Assembly (NCBI GenBank): GCA_050012475.1
Contig: JBEKHC010000011.1
Coordinates: 1-64,000, forward strand
DNA from: Candidatus Velthaea sp.
GTDB taxonomy: Bacteria > Vulcanimicrobiota > Vulcanimicrobiia > Vulcanimicrobiales > Vulcanimicrobiaceae
Direction of reading: 5' to 3'
Length of the DNA: 64,000 nucleotides
A model generated the notes under the pieces. The model saw nothing but the letters and a program-made list of their open reading frames with translations. It did not search any database and was not told the DNA's origin. Positions 37,084-46,331 of this stretch are shown one piece after another. Numbering within the stretch: the stretch's first letter is position 1; each line of letters opens with the position of its first letter. The translations under genes were made by a program, and so were the position numbers.

Positions 37084-38778
37084 ATGCGACTCGCCGACGT
37101 TGCGGCCCGGGTCCCCAGGCGCGCGGCGTTTCTGGGCGCGCTCTTCGCCGCGCTCGTGACGCTGCCCGGGCTCGGGCTGGGAACGCTGTGGGACAACAGC
37201 GAGACCGCCTACGGCGAAGTCGCGCGCGAGATTCTCGTGTATCACGATTGGCTCGTGATGCACCTCAACGGCGAACCGTGGTTCGTGCAGCCGCCGCTGT
37301 ATTTCTGGATCGCCGCGTTGTTCGCCAAGGTGTTCGGCGTCGGCGCGTTCGCGATGCGCCTGCCGTCGGCCCTGGCGACGGTCGCGATGGGCGGGGCCGT
37401 CGGCTACGCGGCAGCGCGGATCGCCGGCGGTCGCGCCGGGGCGTATGCGGCGATCATTTTGTCGACGAGTCTCATGCAGGCGATCGTCGGTCGCCTGGCG
37501 ATCATGGACGCGCTGCTCGACTTGGCGGTCACCGCGGCAATCCTGTGGTGGTTTCGCGCCTTCGAGCCGAACCGCTCGCCCGATGCGCTCGATGCCCGCA
37601 AGCGCGCAGCCGCCTTCGTCTGCGGGGCCGCCGCCTTGGCGCTGGGGACGCTCGCCAAGGGACCGGTCGCGCCGGTCATCGTGGTGTTGGTGGTGGCGGC
37701 CTGGTTGGCATGGGAGCGGCTTGCCCGCAGCCCGGTCGTCGCGCCCCGGCCCGCGATCGTCGTGGTGGCCGGCTTGGCTTTCGCGGCGGTGGCGCTGCCC
37801 TGGTTCGTGCTGCTGGCAGTCCACGTGGGTCCCGGCGCGACCGGCGAATTGATCGGCCACTACACCGTCGGGCGCTACACCGGCGTGATCGAGAACCAGC
37901 GCGGCCCGTGGTTCTACTATCTTCCCGTGCTGGTTTTGGGGTTTTTCCCCTGGATCGCGTTCGTTCCGATGGGGATCGTCCGCGCGATTCAGGTGGCCCG
38001 AACGCCCGGCGGCAGCTTTGCCCGTCTCGCGCTGGTCTGGACGGTTTTACCCCTGCTGTTCTTCAGTTTTGCTCAAACCAAGCTGCCGAACTACATCGCT
38101 CTGCTCTTCCCGGCGCTGGCGATCGTGGTCGGGATGTGGTTCGCGCAGGTGAGCCGGGGGGCCGACCGCCGTCCGGCGCTGATCTCCGCGGCCACCGTCC
38201 CGCTGACCGTCGGCTGCATCGCGTTTGCCATCGTGATGTTCGGACGCAGCAATCAGCTGGCCATCAGCGCCGTCGGTCCGCAGCTGGTCGTTCTGGCGGC
38301 TGGGATGCTGGTCGGCTCGCTGCTGGTCGTGGTCAGCCTCGCCCGCTCGCCGCTGCGCGCGGCGGCGCCGTACATCTTGGCGCTCACCAGCCTGGTGCTC
38401 GTCTATTTCATCGTGTTCGTCGGCGAGCCGGTTGCCGAAGGTCTCAAACCGATCGGGCCCATGGCGGCGATCATCAACGCCCAGCGCGGGCCGGGCGATA
38501 TCGTCGCGATCCGCGGCGTCTCGGGCGGAAACGGGCTGGTGTTCTATACCGCCCCGGGCGTTCGGAGCATCGATCCGGACGACGACGGCAGTTTTCTGCG
38601 GACGGTGTGCGCTGCGGGGGCCGCGTTCGTCGTCACCCGGCGAACCGACGTCCCCGCGCTCGAAGCGCTGGCCCAGCGAGCGAACCGCACGATGACGACG
38701 CTCGACACGAACGGCCGCACGGTCCTGATCCGGGTCGACGGCGGACCGTGTCCGGCCGTCGATCCGAGGCCGCAGTAG
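37084..38778 (+). CDS. ArnT/PMT (GT39/GT83) family membrane glycosyltransferase
   Basis: WDNSETAYGEVARE, QPPLYFW, RLPSAL, LAKGP, KLPNYI. Confidence 0.9.
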   Translation: MRLADVAARVPRRAAFLGALFAALVTLPGLGLGTLWDNSETAYGEVAREILVYHDWLVMHLNGEPWFVQPPLYFWIAALFAKVFGVGAFAMRLPSALATVAMGGAVGYAAARIAGGRAGAYAAIILSTSLMQAIVGRLAIMDALLDLAVTAAILWWFRAFEPNRSPDALDARKRAAAFVCGAAALALGTLAKGPVAPVIVVLVVAAWLAWERLARSPVVAPRPAIVVVAGLAFAAVALPWFVLLAVHVGPGATGELIGHYTVGRYTGVIENQRGPWFYYLPVLVLGFFPWIAFVPMGIVRAIQVARTPGGSFARLALVWTVLPLLFFSFAQTKLPNYIALLFPALAIVVGMWFAQVSRGADRRPALISAATVPLTVGCIAFAIVMFGRSNQLAISAVGPQLVVLAAGMLVGSLLVVVSLARSPLRAAAPYILALTSLVLVYFIVFVGEPVAEGLKPIGPMAAIINAQRGPGDIVAIRGVSGGNGLVFYTAPGVRSIDPDDDGSFLRTVCAAGAAFVVTRRTDVPALEALAQRANRTMTTLDTNGRTVLIRVDGGPCPAVDPRPQ

Positions 38779-38782
38779 GGCC

Positions 38783-40261
38783 CTATTTGGCGACGGCCGC
38801 TACGTCCGCGGCGGTGACCGGTCCGGCTTTGTTGCCCCAGCTGGTGCGAATGTAGCTGATGACGTCGGCAATCTGCTGCGGGGTCAGGTTGCCCTTCCAG
38901 GCCGGCATCATGCCGCTGTAGGAAGCGCTGCCGACCTTGATCGCGCCGTTGAGCCCGTAGTTGAGGGTGTGGATGACCGCCTTGGGATCGCCGGTCACGT
39001 ACGGGTTATCGGCCAGCGGCGGAAAGACGCCGGGCTGTCCGGCGCCCGCTGCACCGTGGCAGCCGGCGCAATTGGAGGCATAGACCGGGGCGCCGGCCGC
39101 TCCGGCGGGAGCGCCGCCCGGTGCGGGCTGGGTCCCGGCACCGCCGGTCGCGGCTTGGGCCACGCTGCCGCCGGCTACGCCGTGGAGCACTTGCTGCGTC
39201 TGAACGTTGACTTGACCGACGACGCTCAGGAGGACCGCGCCGAGCATGGTGAGTGCGGTCAGCCCCAGCACCCACGGGCGGCGTGTCAGGCGCCGGGACG
39301 GGTTGCGGTCGATGAACGGCAGCAGGATCAGCACCAGCACCAGGATGCCGGGGAAGATAATCGTCGCGACGAGATCGAGAATCTCGAGCAGTTGCGGATT
39401 TTGAATGCCGCCGACGATGTTGAGCAGCGCGAAGAGCGCCATGAAATACCATGCCGGATACGGCACGAATGCGGTGTTGTTCGGATCGGCCTTGTCATCC
39501 AGCGGTGCCGGCGAGAGAAACGAGAGCGCCACGATCACCGCGAACATACCGAACGAAACCACGGTGTCCATGTACATTTGGTCCGGCCAGAAACGCCCGG
39601 GTTTGAGTTTGGGCGCTTCGTCGATCGGCGGACCCGCCGGACCGTTCCAGCGGAAAATCATGAGATGCAGCGCAACGAGCACGGTGAGGATCGCGGGCGT
39701 CAGCCACACGTGAATGCCGAAGAAGCGATTGATCGTCAGGGTGCCGATGCTCGCGCCGTCTTGCAGAAACGACAAGATCGCACCGCCGAGCAGGGGCGCC
39801 GAACCGGCAATGGAGATTGCGACTTTCGAAGCCAGCAGCGCATTGAGATCCCACGGCAGCAGATAGCCGGTAAGACCGAGCACGAGCGTGAGGATGAACA
39901 GCACGACGCCGATGACCCATTGCAATTCGCGCGGCTTCTTGTACGCGCCCCAGAGCAGCGCTTGCAGCAAATGCATCGCCATGAACGCGATCATCGCCGA
40001 CGCGCCCCAATAGTGCAGCGACAGAACGAAATGTCCGGCCGGCACTTTGTCCATGATGTACTTCGTCGATTCCCACGCCGTCGACGCCGACGGTGAGTAG
40101 TAGAATGTCAAGAAGATCCCGGTGACGATCTGCAGGATCATCGCGAACACCGTCGCGGAACCGAAGGCGTACCAATAACTAGCGCCGCCCGGAACGTCTT
40201 CGGTGAGGAAATCCTTCGTGAACGTTACGAGGCCGGTGCGTTGGTCGAGCCAGGTGAGCAT
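38783..40261 (-). CDS. Cytochrome b (b6-like + subunit IV) fused to a C-terminal cytochrome c
   Basis: H-x13-H and H-x14-H heme ligands, TGYLLPWD, P-A-W-Y Qo motif, CAGCH with distal Met (GMMPAW). Confidence 0.94.
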   Translation of the reverse strand: MLTWLDQRTGLVTFTKDFLTEDVPGGASYWYAFGSATVFAMILQIVTGIFLTFYYSPSASTAWESTKYIMDKVPAGHFVLSLHYWGASAMIAFMAMHLLQALLWGAYKKPRELQWVIGVVLFILTLVLGLTGYLLPWDLNALLASKVAISIAGSAPLLGGAILSFLQDGASIGTLTINRFFGIHVWLTPAILTVLVALHLMIFRWNGPAGPPIDEAPKLKPGRFWPDQMYMDTVVSFGMFAVIVALSFLSPAPLDDKADPNNTAFVPYPAWYFMALFALLNIVGGIQNPQLLEILDLVATIIFPGILVLVLILLPFIDRNPSRRLTRRPWVLGLTALTMLGAVLLSVVGQVNVQTQQVLHGVAGGSVAQAATGGAGTQPAPGGAPAGAAGAPVYASNCAGCHGAAGAGQPGVFPPLADNPYVTGDPKAVIHTLNYGLNGAIKVGSASYSGMMPAWKGNLTPQQIADVISYIRTSWGNKAGPVTAADVAAVAK

Positions 40262-40273
40262 CGAATACTGCCT

Positions 40274-40906
40274 TTAGGTGGAGTACGAGAGAACGATATG
40301 ATCCGACACGTTTTGCACGTATTGAATCCAAGTGATCTGAGCCGTCCCCGACTGATCGCGTAAGGGAAGCGGATCGAGTCCGCGCTGCGCCGGTCCGGCG
40401 GTGTGCGCGCCGTAGTCGGTGAACTGCGATCCGTGGCACGGGCAGGCGAACTTCTTGAGCTCGTCGCTGTACGCATACCGGCAGCCGAGGTGCGGACAAA
40501 TCGGGCTGAACACCACGAAGCCCATGCTGACCACCGGATACGGCAGCTTGGCGATGCCCTCGAAGAGTTCGGGCCGCTTCGCTTTCATCGTTGCTTCGTC
40601 GGTCTTGATCGCCCAAACGAATTCGTCGGTCGACGCTTCGGGCAAATAGCCGTCTTTGGTCTTCACCGAGAAGCTGACTTTTATCGGCTTCTCCGTGGCC
40701 TTTTTCAGTTGCGCGAGTTCATCGGGAGTGAGCGGCGACCAGTTCGATCCCAGCGCATCGCTCGAGGGAATCAGCGACGCCACCACGGGAATCGCAATTC
40801 CCAAACCAATGACGCCCCCGAGCGCAAGCGTTGCGTTGACCATGAAGGTGCGGCGCGACTGCTCGGCGGGAGTGCCCTCATCTTTGTACGCCTCAGCGTG
40901 ACCCAT
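40274..40906 (-). CDS. Rieske iron-sulfur subunit of quinol:cytochrome c reductase
   Basis: Tat motif SRRTFM; CPHLGC and CPCHGS; GAGG RBS. Confidence 0.94.
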   Translation of the reverse strand: MGHAEAYKDEGTPAEQSRRTFMVNATLALGGVIGLGIAIPVVASLIPSSDALGSNWSPLTPDELAQLKKATEKPIKVSFSVKTKDGYLPEASTDEFVWAIKTDEATMKAKRPELFEGIAKLPYPVVSMGFVVFSPICPHLGCRYAYSDELKKFACPCHGSQFTDYGAHTAGPAQRGLDPLPLRDQSGTAQITWIQYVQNVSDHIVLSYST

Positions 40907-41084
40907 TATTTCCTCATCCAAAGTCCATGGCGGCAGCAATATCCAAGCTGCTTGCTAAGAGTGCGTCTCGCTATGTGCACGGGCGCGTCCGGATTCGAAC
41001 GGCGCGTTGCGGCGCAAAACGTATTTACCTTAGTTTCACAGACCTCACGTTTCCTACTGCAGCGTGCAGTGTTAGACTGATTTG

Positions 41085-42251
41085 ATGGTCTACGCGGTTC
41101 TCGTTGCGAGTGCATTCCTGATCGAAGTCGCAATGAATGTACCGCTGGGATCGCTGCCGCTCGCCCTGGTCCGCATGCACGTGCCGGCGGGCGAGATCGC
41201 GCTGGTCCTGGGCGCCGGGCCCATCGCGGCGCTCCTGGTGAGCGTGCCCATCGGCGGACTCGCCGATCGGTTCGGACGGCTGCCGACGATCCGAATTGCC
41301 GCATGTTTGTGCGTTCTTTCGGTCGGAATGCTCGCGTTCGTTCACGATCCGCTCCTCATCGGGCTCATCATGGCAATTCGCGGCGTCGCAATCACCGCAT
41401 ATGTTACCGCCGAGTTTGCCTACGCCAGCGCGGTCGTTGCGCCCGAGCGTGCGGTTTCGGCGACCGCCACCTTGGGCATGGTCGGCAACCTCAGTTTCGC
41501 CACGGCTCCGGCGGCCGGATTTTGGCTCTGGCAGCATGGGATCGAGGGCGAGCAGTTCGTGTGGTCGGCTGGCGTGGCGCTGGCCGGCGCGTTGATTTTG
41601 AGCGGCTTGCCGGCCGAAACGATGCGCGCCGTGCGCCGCTCGCGCAAGATCTTCATGCGCTCGGTGTGGCTTCCGGCGATCACCTTTCTGGTGGCCTGCA
41701 GCCTGGCCGGCGGCGTCAACGGCGCGCTCGCGATCGTCACCTTTCACCAGCGCGGCATTGCGAACGGCGCGCTCCTGTTCACCGCGCTGGCATCGACGAC
41801 GTTCGCGTTGCGGTTTTTCGCCGGGCGGCTCGTCGACCGCTTCGGTCCGCGGCAGATGGCGATTCCGACCGCCGTCGCGCAATGCACCGGCGCGCTGCTT
41901 GCGGCGCACGCTCACACGCCGCTGGCGGTCGTCGTGGCGGGGCTCTGCATGGGGATCGCTTGGTCGGCGGTGGTCCCGGTCGGGATCGGGCTGCTCTTCG
42001 AGCGGAGTTCGCCGGGCACGCGCGGCGCTGCGATGGGCTCGTACAATTTGGCCTTCAGCATCGGCATGACGGCCGGCTCGATCGTCGCCGCCGCGGCAGC
42101 GGCCTTCGGCGCAGGCTACACGCTCGCGATGTCACTCTGCGCGGCGGCCTCACTGATCGCGTTGCCGTGGCTCTTCTTGGCCGGACCGGCTCGTCCGCCG
42201 CGCAGCCTTCGCCCCCTGCTCCTTCTGTCGCACGGAAGCGTTCGCGGGTAA
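41085..42251 (+). CDS. MFS transporter
   Basis: GGLADRFGR and GRLVDRFG motif A repeats; ~12 TM. Confidence 0.88.
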   Translation: MVYAVLVASAFLIEVAMNVPLGSLPLALVRMHVPAGEIALVLGAGPIAALLVSVPIGGLADRFGRLPTIRIAACLCVLSVGMLAFVHDPLLIGLIMAIRGVAITAYVTAEFAYASAVVAPERAVSATATLGMVGNLSFATAPAAGFWLWQHGIEGEQFVWSAGVALAGALILSGLPAETMRAVRRSRKIFMRSVWLPAITFLVACSLAGGVNGALAIVTFHQRGIANGALLFTALASTTFALRFFAGRLVDRFGPRQMAIPTAVAQCTGALLAAHAHTPLAVVVAGLCMGIAWSAVVPVGIGLLFERSSPGTRGAAMGSYNLAFSIGMTAGSIVAAAAAAFGAGYTLAMSLCAAASLIALPWLFLAGPARPPRSLRPLLLLSHGSVRG

Positions 42252-42268
42252 GCGGGTAAACGGGGTGA

Positions 42269-42505
42269 GTGAACGATCAGCAACTTCAGCAACACATCGA
42301 AACCCTGGTGGCCGAGGAACATGCCCTGCTCGACAAGGGCCCGGCCCGCAGCGCGGACGACCATCGCCGGCTCGCCGAAGTGAACGTGCAGCTCGACCGC
42401 TTGTGGGATCTGCTGCGGCAGCGCCGGGCGCGCGAGGAATTCGGTCAGGATCCCGACCGGACCGCAGAACGTCCGGCCGAGGTCGTCGAGCGCTACGTGC
42501 AGTAG
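42269..42505 (+). CDS. DUF2630 family protein
   Basis: LVAEEH...LDRLWDLLRQRRAR..G.DPD...R...VE.Y pattern. Confidence 0.85.
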   Translation: MNDQQLQQHIETLVAEEHALLDKGPARSADDHRRLAEVNVQLDRLWDLLRQRRAREEFGQDPDRTAERPAEVVERYVQ

Positions 42506-42527
42506 CGACCCGGTCCCCGGCGGCCGG

Positions 42528-42920
42528 TTAGCTCGCGCGGCGAACGTCGAGGCGGGCGCGAATGCAGCAGCCGTCGTCCATGCGGCACTTGATCTCCATC
42601 CTTTCAGCCAGCCGCGAGACGATGGCCAGGCCGCGCCCGGACTCGCTGAGCAAGCCGTCCAAGGCCGGCACCGACCGCGGGATAAACCCCTTGCCGGAAT
42701 CTTGCACGGCGATGGTCACGCCGCGTTCGTCGAACTCCGCCTGCACGTGCGTACGGCCGGGCGCATAGCGCACCGCGTTGCTGATGAGTTCGCCCAAGAC
42801 GATTTCAGCGGCCATCGCATCGACATCGGTGCCATACCGGGAGCGAACGTGCCGCGCGAAATCATGACGCGTTGCCCGTGCGGCTCGCTCATCGTGCGTA
42901 TCGAATGACCACTTGACCAT
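42528..42920 (-). CDS. RsbW-like anti-sigma/Ser-Thr kinase (HATPase_c_2)
   Basis: ELISNAVRYA, VQDSGKGF, ESGRGLAIV. Confidence 0.87.
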   Translation of the reverse strand: MVKWSFDTHDERAARATRHDFARHVRSRYGTDVDAMAAEIVLGELISNAVRYAPGRTHVQAEFDERGVTIAVQDSGKGFIPRSVPALDGLLSESGRGLAIVSRLAERMEIKCRMDDGCCIRARLDVRRAS

Positions 42921-42988
42921 GCAGCCGTTATACCGAGTTTGCGCCACGGTCAATCGAATGACGCGCCGCCCGGAGTCAGCCGGATCGA

Positions 42989-44476
42989 TTACGACGAGCA
43001 GCTGACCGAGATATCGCGCGCCCATTCGGGCGGAGCTGCGGCGTACGATTCGTTTTCCGGCTGCTCGTCGAACGGCCGCCGCAGCACGTCGTGCAGCCGT
43101 GCGATCTCGCTGAAGTCGCCGTCCTGCGCACGCTCGATTGCGACCTGCGCGAGGTGGTTGCGCAGGACGTATTTCGGATTTACGGCCTGCTTGTGGCTGC
43201 GGCGTGCCGCCGGCGTCGTGCTTTCGGCGGCCAATCGCGCGCGATAGCGCGCTTGCCAACCGTACCAGCCGTCGCGTTCGCTGAACATCTCGGCGGCCCG
43301 GTCATCGGCGGCCGTGCTTTCGATATCGAGCGCGCAGAGCGCGCGAAAGAACTGCGTGTAGTCGGCGCGCGCGCCGCTCAAGAGTTCGAGCAGATCGACT
43401 ACCAGGGAAACGTCGCCGGCTGCTGCGCTCAGCAAACCGAGTTTCGCGCGCATCCGCTCGACGTACGCGTCACGGTAGATCCCGGCATAGCTCGCTAACA
43501 GCGCATCGCGCTCGTCCGCGGCGACGAGCGACGCCAGCGCGTGCGCGAGTGCGCGGCAATTCCATAAGCCGATCGTCGGTTGGGCGTCGAACGCGTAGCG
43601 GCCGCCCGCATCGGAATGATTGCAGATGAATCCGGGTTCGTACGCGTCGAGAAAGCCGAACGGTCCGTAATCGAGCGTCAATCCGATGATCGAAAAATTG
43701 TCGGTGTTCATCACGCCGTGGGCAAAGCCGACGGCTTGCCACGCGGCCATCAAACGCGCCGTGCGCGCGACGACGTCGGCCAAAAAATGCGCGTAGCGAT
43801 CGCTGCCGTTTCCGGCATCCGGGAAGAACCGGTCGATGACGTAATCGGCCAGCAGCTTCACGTGCTCGGTCTGGCCGCGCGACGCAAAGAGCTCGAACGA
43901 TCCGAAACGCACGAACGTCGGCGCCATCCGCACCAGCACGGCGGCGGTTTCGATCGTCTCGCGGTACACCGGATCGGCGCCGCCGGTCATCGCCAGCGCG
44001 CGGGTGGTCGGAATGCCCAGCGCATGGATCGCCTCGCTGCACAGATACTCGCGAATCGTCGAGCGCAGCACGGCCCGTCCGTCGGCAAAACGCGAGAAGG
44101 CGGTGAGTCCGCTGCCCTTGAGCTGCAGTTCCCATGCTTCGCCGGCGGCGTTGACGACTTCCCCGAGCAGGATTGCCCGGCCGTCGCCGAGTTGCGGAAC
44201 GAACGTTCCGAATTGATGGCCCGCGTAGATCGCGGCCAGCGGCTCCATCCCCGCGCCCAGCGCGTTACCGCTGGCGAGCGCGACGAACTCCGGGCGCCGG
44301 CTTTCTTCCGGCCCCAGATCGATCAACGCTGCCGCGTCCGCGCTGAACGCGATCGAGTGCGGATGCGTAAGCCCGGTTGGCTGCCGCCGTTCGTAGAACG
44401 CCTGCGGCAAGCGCGCGAAGCTGTTGTCGAAGCGCAGTTCGTCGAGCGTCCGATGCCGATGGGCGAGCGTCTCCAT
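42989..44476 (-). CDS. selO: Protein adenylyltransferase SelO (YdiU)
   Basis: YAGHQFG..QLGDGRA, QLKGSG, DGRAVLRS, HGVMNTDN, DYGPFGF, C-terminal SCSS. Confidence 0.96.
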   Translation of the reverse strand: METLAHRHRTLDELRFDNSFARLPQAFYERRQPTGLTHPHSIAFSADAAALIDLGPEESRRPEFVALASGNALGAGMEPLAAIYAGHQFGTFVPQLGDGRAILLGEVVNAAGEAWELQLKGSGLTAFSRFADGRAVLRSTIREYLCSEAIHALGIPTTRALAMTGGADPVYRETIETAAVLVRMAPTFVRFGSFELFASRGQTEHVKLLADYVIDRFFPDAGNGSDRYAHFLADVVARTARLMAAWQAVGFAHGVMNTDNFSIIGLTLDYGPFGFLDAYEPGFICNHSDAGGRYAFDAQPTIGLWNCRALAHALASLVAADERDALLASYAGIYRDAYVERMRAKLGLLSAAAGDVSLVVDLLELLSGARADYTQFFRALCALDIESTAADDRAAEMFSERDGWYGWQARYRARLAAESTTPAARRSHKQAVNPKYVLRNHLAQVAIERAQDGDFSEIARLHDVLRRPFDEQPENESYAAAPPEWARDISVSCSS

Positions 44477-44541
44477 GAGCCGTGAGACCGCCGCCGGTTC
44501 GCCGCCGTTGCGATTCAACACCGAATGGACTCCAACTCCAG

Positions 44542-45717
44542 TCAACCCAGTTCGCGCGCTTGCGGGGCGCCGAACCAGAAGACGATACTGCTCGCGCAAA
44601 CGACGGCCGCCGAAGCCGTCAGCGCGGCGTCCGTCCCGATTCGCGCGGCAACGATGCCCAAAAGCAGTGAGCCGACCGGAATTCCGCCGAGAAACGCCAG
44701 CGAAAAGATCGCGTTTGCGCGACCGCGCTGGGCATCGCCCGAGCATTCTTGGACGTAGGTGTTGGCCAGCGCGTACATCAAGGTGTCGATCGCGCCCATC
44801 GCGCCGAGGATCAGCAGCGCCGGCAACAGCGCGTGAACGTGCGTGAACAGCGCCAGCAGCGCGGCGCCGGCGAAGGACGCCAGCGGCACGAGCCGCCCTT
44901 TGCGGCGCACGTTTCCGGCCAGCGCGAGCCCCGTGCCGCCGACGATCGCACCCGCGCCGCCCGCCGCCGCCATGAGGCCGTAGAGCTGCGCATCGGCCCC
45001 GAAACCGTTGCGCGCAATGTCGGGGAGCAGCGCGATGTAGGGCGTGACGCCGATCGTAAAGGTCGCGATGAAGAGCGAGAAGATGACGATCGCGCGGAGT
45101 TTGTCCGGTTGGGTGCGCGCGCCGCCGGCAATCGGCGGCGGCTGCGACTCGGCGCGCAGGACCAGCGCGAGCGCCGCGAGCGGAAGGGTGAGCAGCGCGT
45201 ACGCGGCGTAGCCCGCGGCGATACCGATCGTCGCGATCGCGACGCCGCCGAGCGCCGGTCCCACGGTCCGGGCGATCGACCACTCCAGCGACGACAGCGC
45301 GATCGAACTGCCCAGGTCGCGGCCGCCGACGAGATCGTAGAGCCAGGCACGATCGACGGGATGCTCGAGCGCGTTCATCGTGCCGGCCGCGAAGCCGAGC
45401 ACGAGCAGCCACCAGACGCTGATCGCACCGGTCGCCACCAGAAACGCGGTGATCAGGGCGATGACCGCGATCAGGCCGTTGTTGACGGCAACGATGGTGC
45501 GGCGGTCGAACCGATCCGCCAGATCGCCGCCGGCGAGCGAAAACAGCAAGAACGGAAGCTGCGTGACCGCCGCGACGGTGCCCAGCCAAAACGGTGAGTT
45601 CGTGAGTTTGACGACCAGCCAGCCTTGCGCGATCGCCGCGATCCAGTAGCCGCCGTCCGACAGCGCCGCCGTGATCAGATATGCGAGAAAGCGGCGGTTT
45701 GAAAGTGCGGCGAGCAT
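44542..45717 (-). CDS. MFS transporter (MFS_3/H+ antiporter-like)
   Basis: W..AIAQGWLV..LT.S, GDLADRFDRR, RTVGPALGG. Confidence 0.88.
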   Translation of the reverse strand: MLAALSNRRFLAYLITAALSDGGYWIAAIAQGWLVVKLTNSPFWLGTVAAVTQLPFLLFSLAGGDLADRFDRRTIVAVNNGLIAVIALITAFLVATGAISVWWLLVLGFAAGTMNALEHPVDRAWLYDLVGGRDLGSSIALSSLEWSIARTVGPALGGVAIATIGIAAGYAAYALLTLPLAALALVLRAESQPPPIAGGARTQPDKLRAIVIFSLFIATFTIGVTPYIALLPDIARNGFGADAQLYGLMAAAGGAGAIVGGTGLALAGNVRRKGRLVPLASFAGAALLALFTHVHALLPALLILGAMGAIDTLMYALANTYVQECSGDAQRGRANAIFSLAFLGGIPVGSLLLGIVAARIGTDAALTASAAVVCASSIVFWFGAPQARELG

Positions 45718-45738
45718 TCGCTGAGGAATACCCGGTCA

Positions 45739-46257
45739 ATGGGCCGATTTATCTTCGGGGTCATCGTGACGCTGGCCGTGTTTGCGATTTGCGGATTTGC
45801 TGCGATTTGGTTCGGGATGGTTCCAGCGACGGCCGACGTTCCTCCGCCCGCGATGGAAAAATGGGCCGCGCACACCTCGCTGGACGCGACCATCAGCCGC
45901 GATGCGCCCAAGCCGCCCTATCCGGTGGCTTCGTCCGATGCAGCGATCGTGGCCGGCGCCAAGCTGTACACGCAGCACTGCGCGATGTGCCATGGTGCGG
46001 CGGAAAACAAACCGACGGTGCTGGCAAAAGGTCTCTACATCGAACCGCCGCAGTTCGCCAAACACGGCGTCGACGACGACCCCGTAGGCGAAACGTATTG
46101 GAAGATCGAGCACGGCATCCGCTTCACCGCGATGCCGTCGTACAAGGGCAACCTCAGCGAAGAGCAGATCTGGCAGATCGCATACTTCTTGAAGAACCTG
46201 CCCGCCCACTTACCGCCCGAAGCGCAAACGGAGTGGCACAAGGCCGTGACCGAGTAG
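45739..46257 (+). CDS. Membrane-anchored monoheme cytochrome c
   Basis: N-terminal TM; CAMCHG; HGIRFTAMP distal Met. Confidence 0.9.
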   Translation: MGRFIFGVIVTLAVFAICGFAAIWFGMVPATADVPPPAMEKWAAHTSLDATISRDAPKPPYPVASSDAAIVAGAKLYTQHCAMCHGAAENKPTVLAKGLYIEPPQFAKHGVDDDPVGETYWKIEHGIRFTAMPSYKGNLSEEQIWQIAYFLKNLPAHLPPEAQTEWHKAVTE

Positions 46258-46271
46258 GTCCGCAAACGAAC

Positions 46272-46307
46272 GAAAAATCCCGAGCCGGGGCCGGTTCGGG
46301 ATTTTTC
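46272..46307. terminator. Bidirectional intrinsic terminator
   Basis: GAAAAATCCCGAGCCGG..CCGGTTCGGGATTTTTC between convergent genes. Confidence 0.85.
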
Positions 46308-46331
46308 ACGAAAGGCGCGAGGTTCGGCGGT

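Noticed and set aside
42989..43003. Selenocysteine at the SelO C-terminus
   Set aside because: Ends in ..VSCSS followed by TAA, with no in-frame TGA
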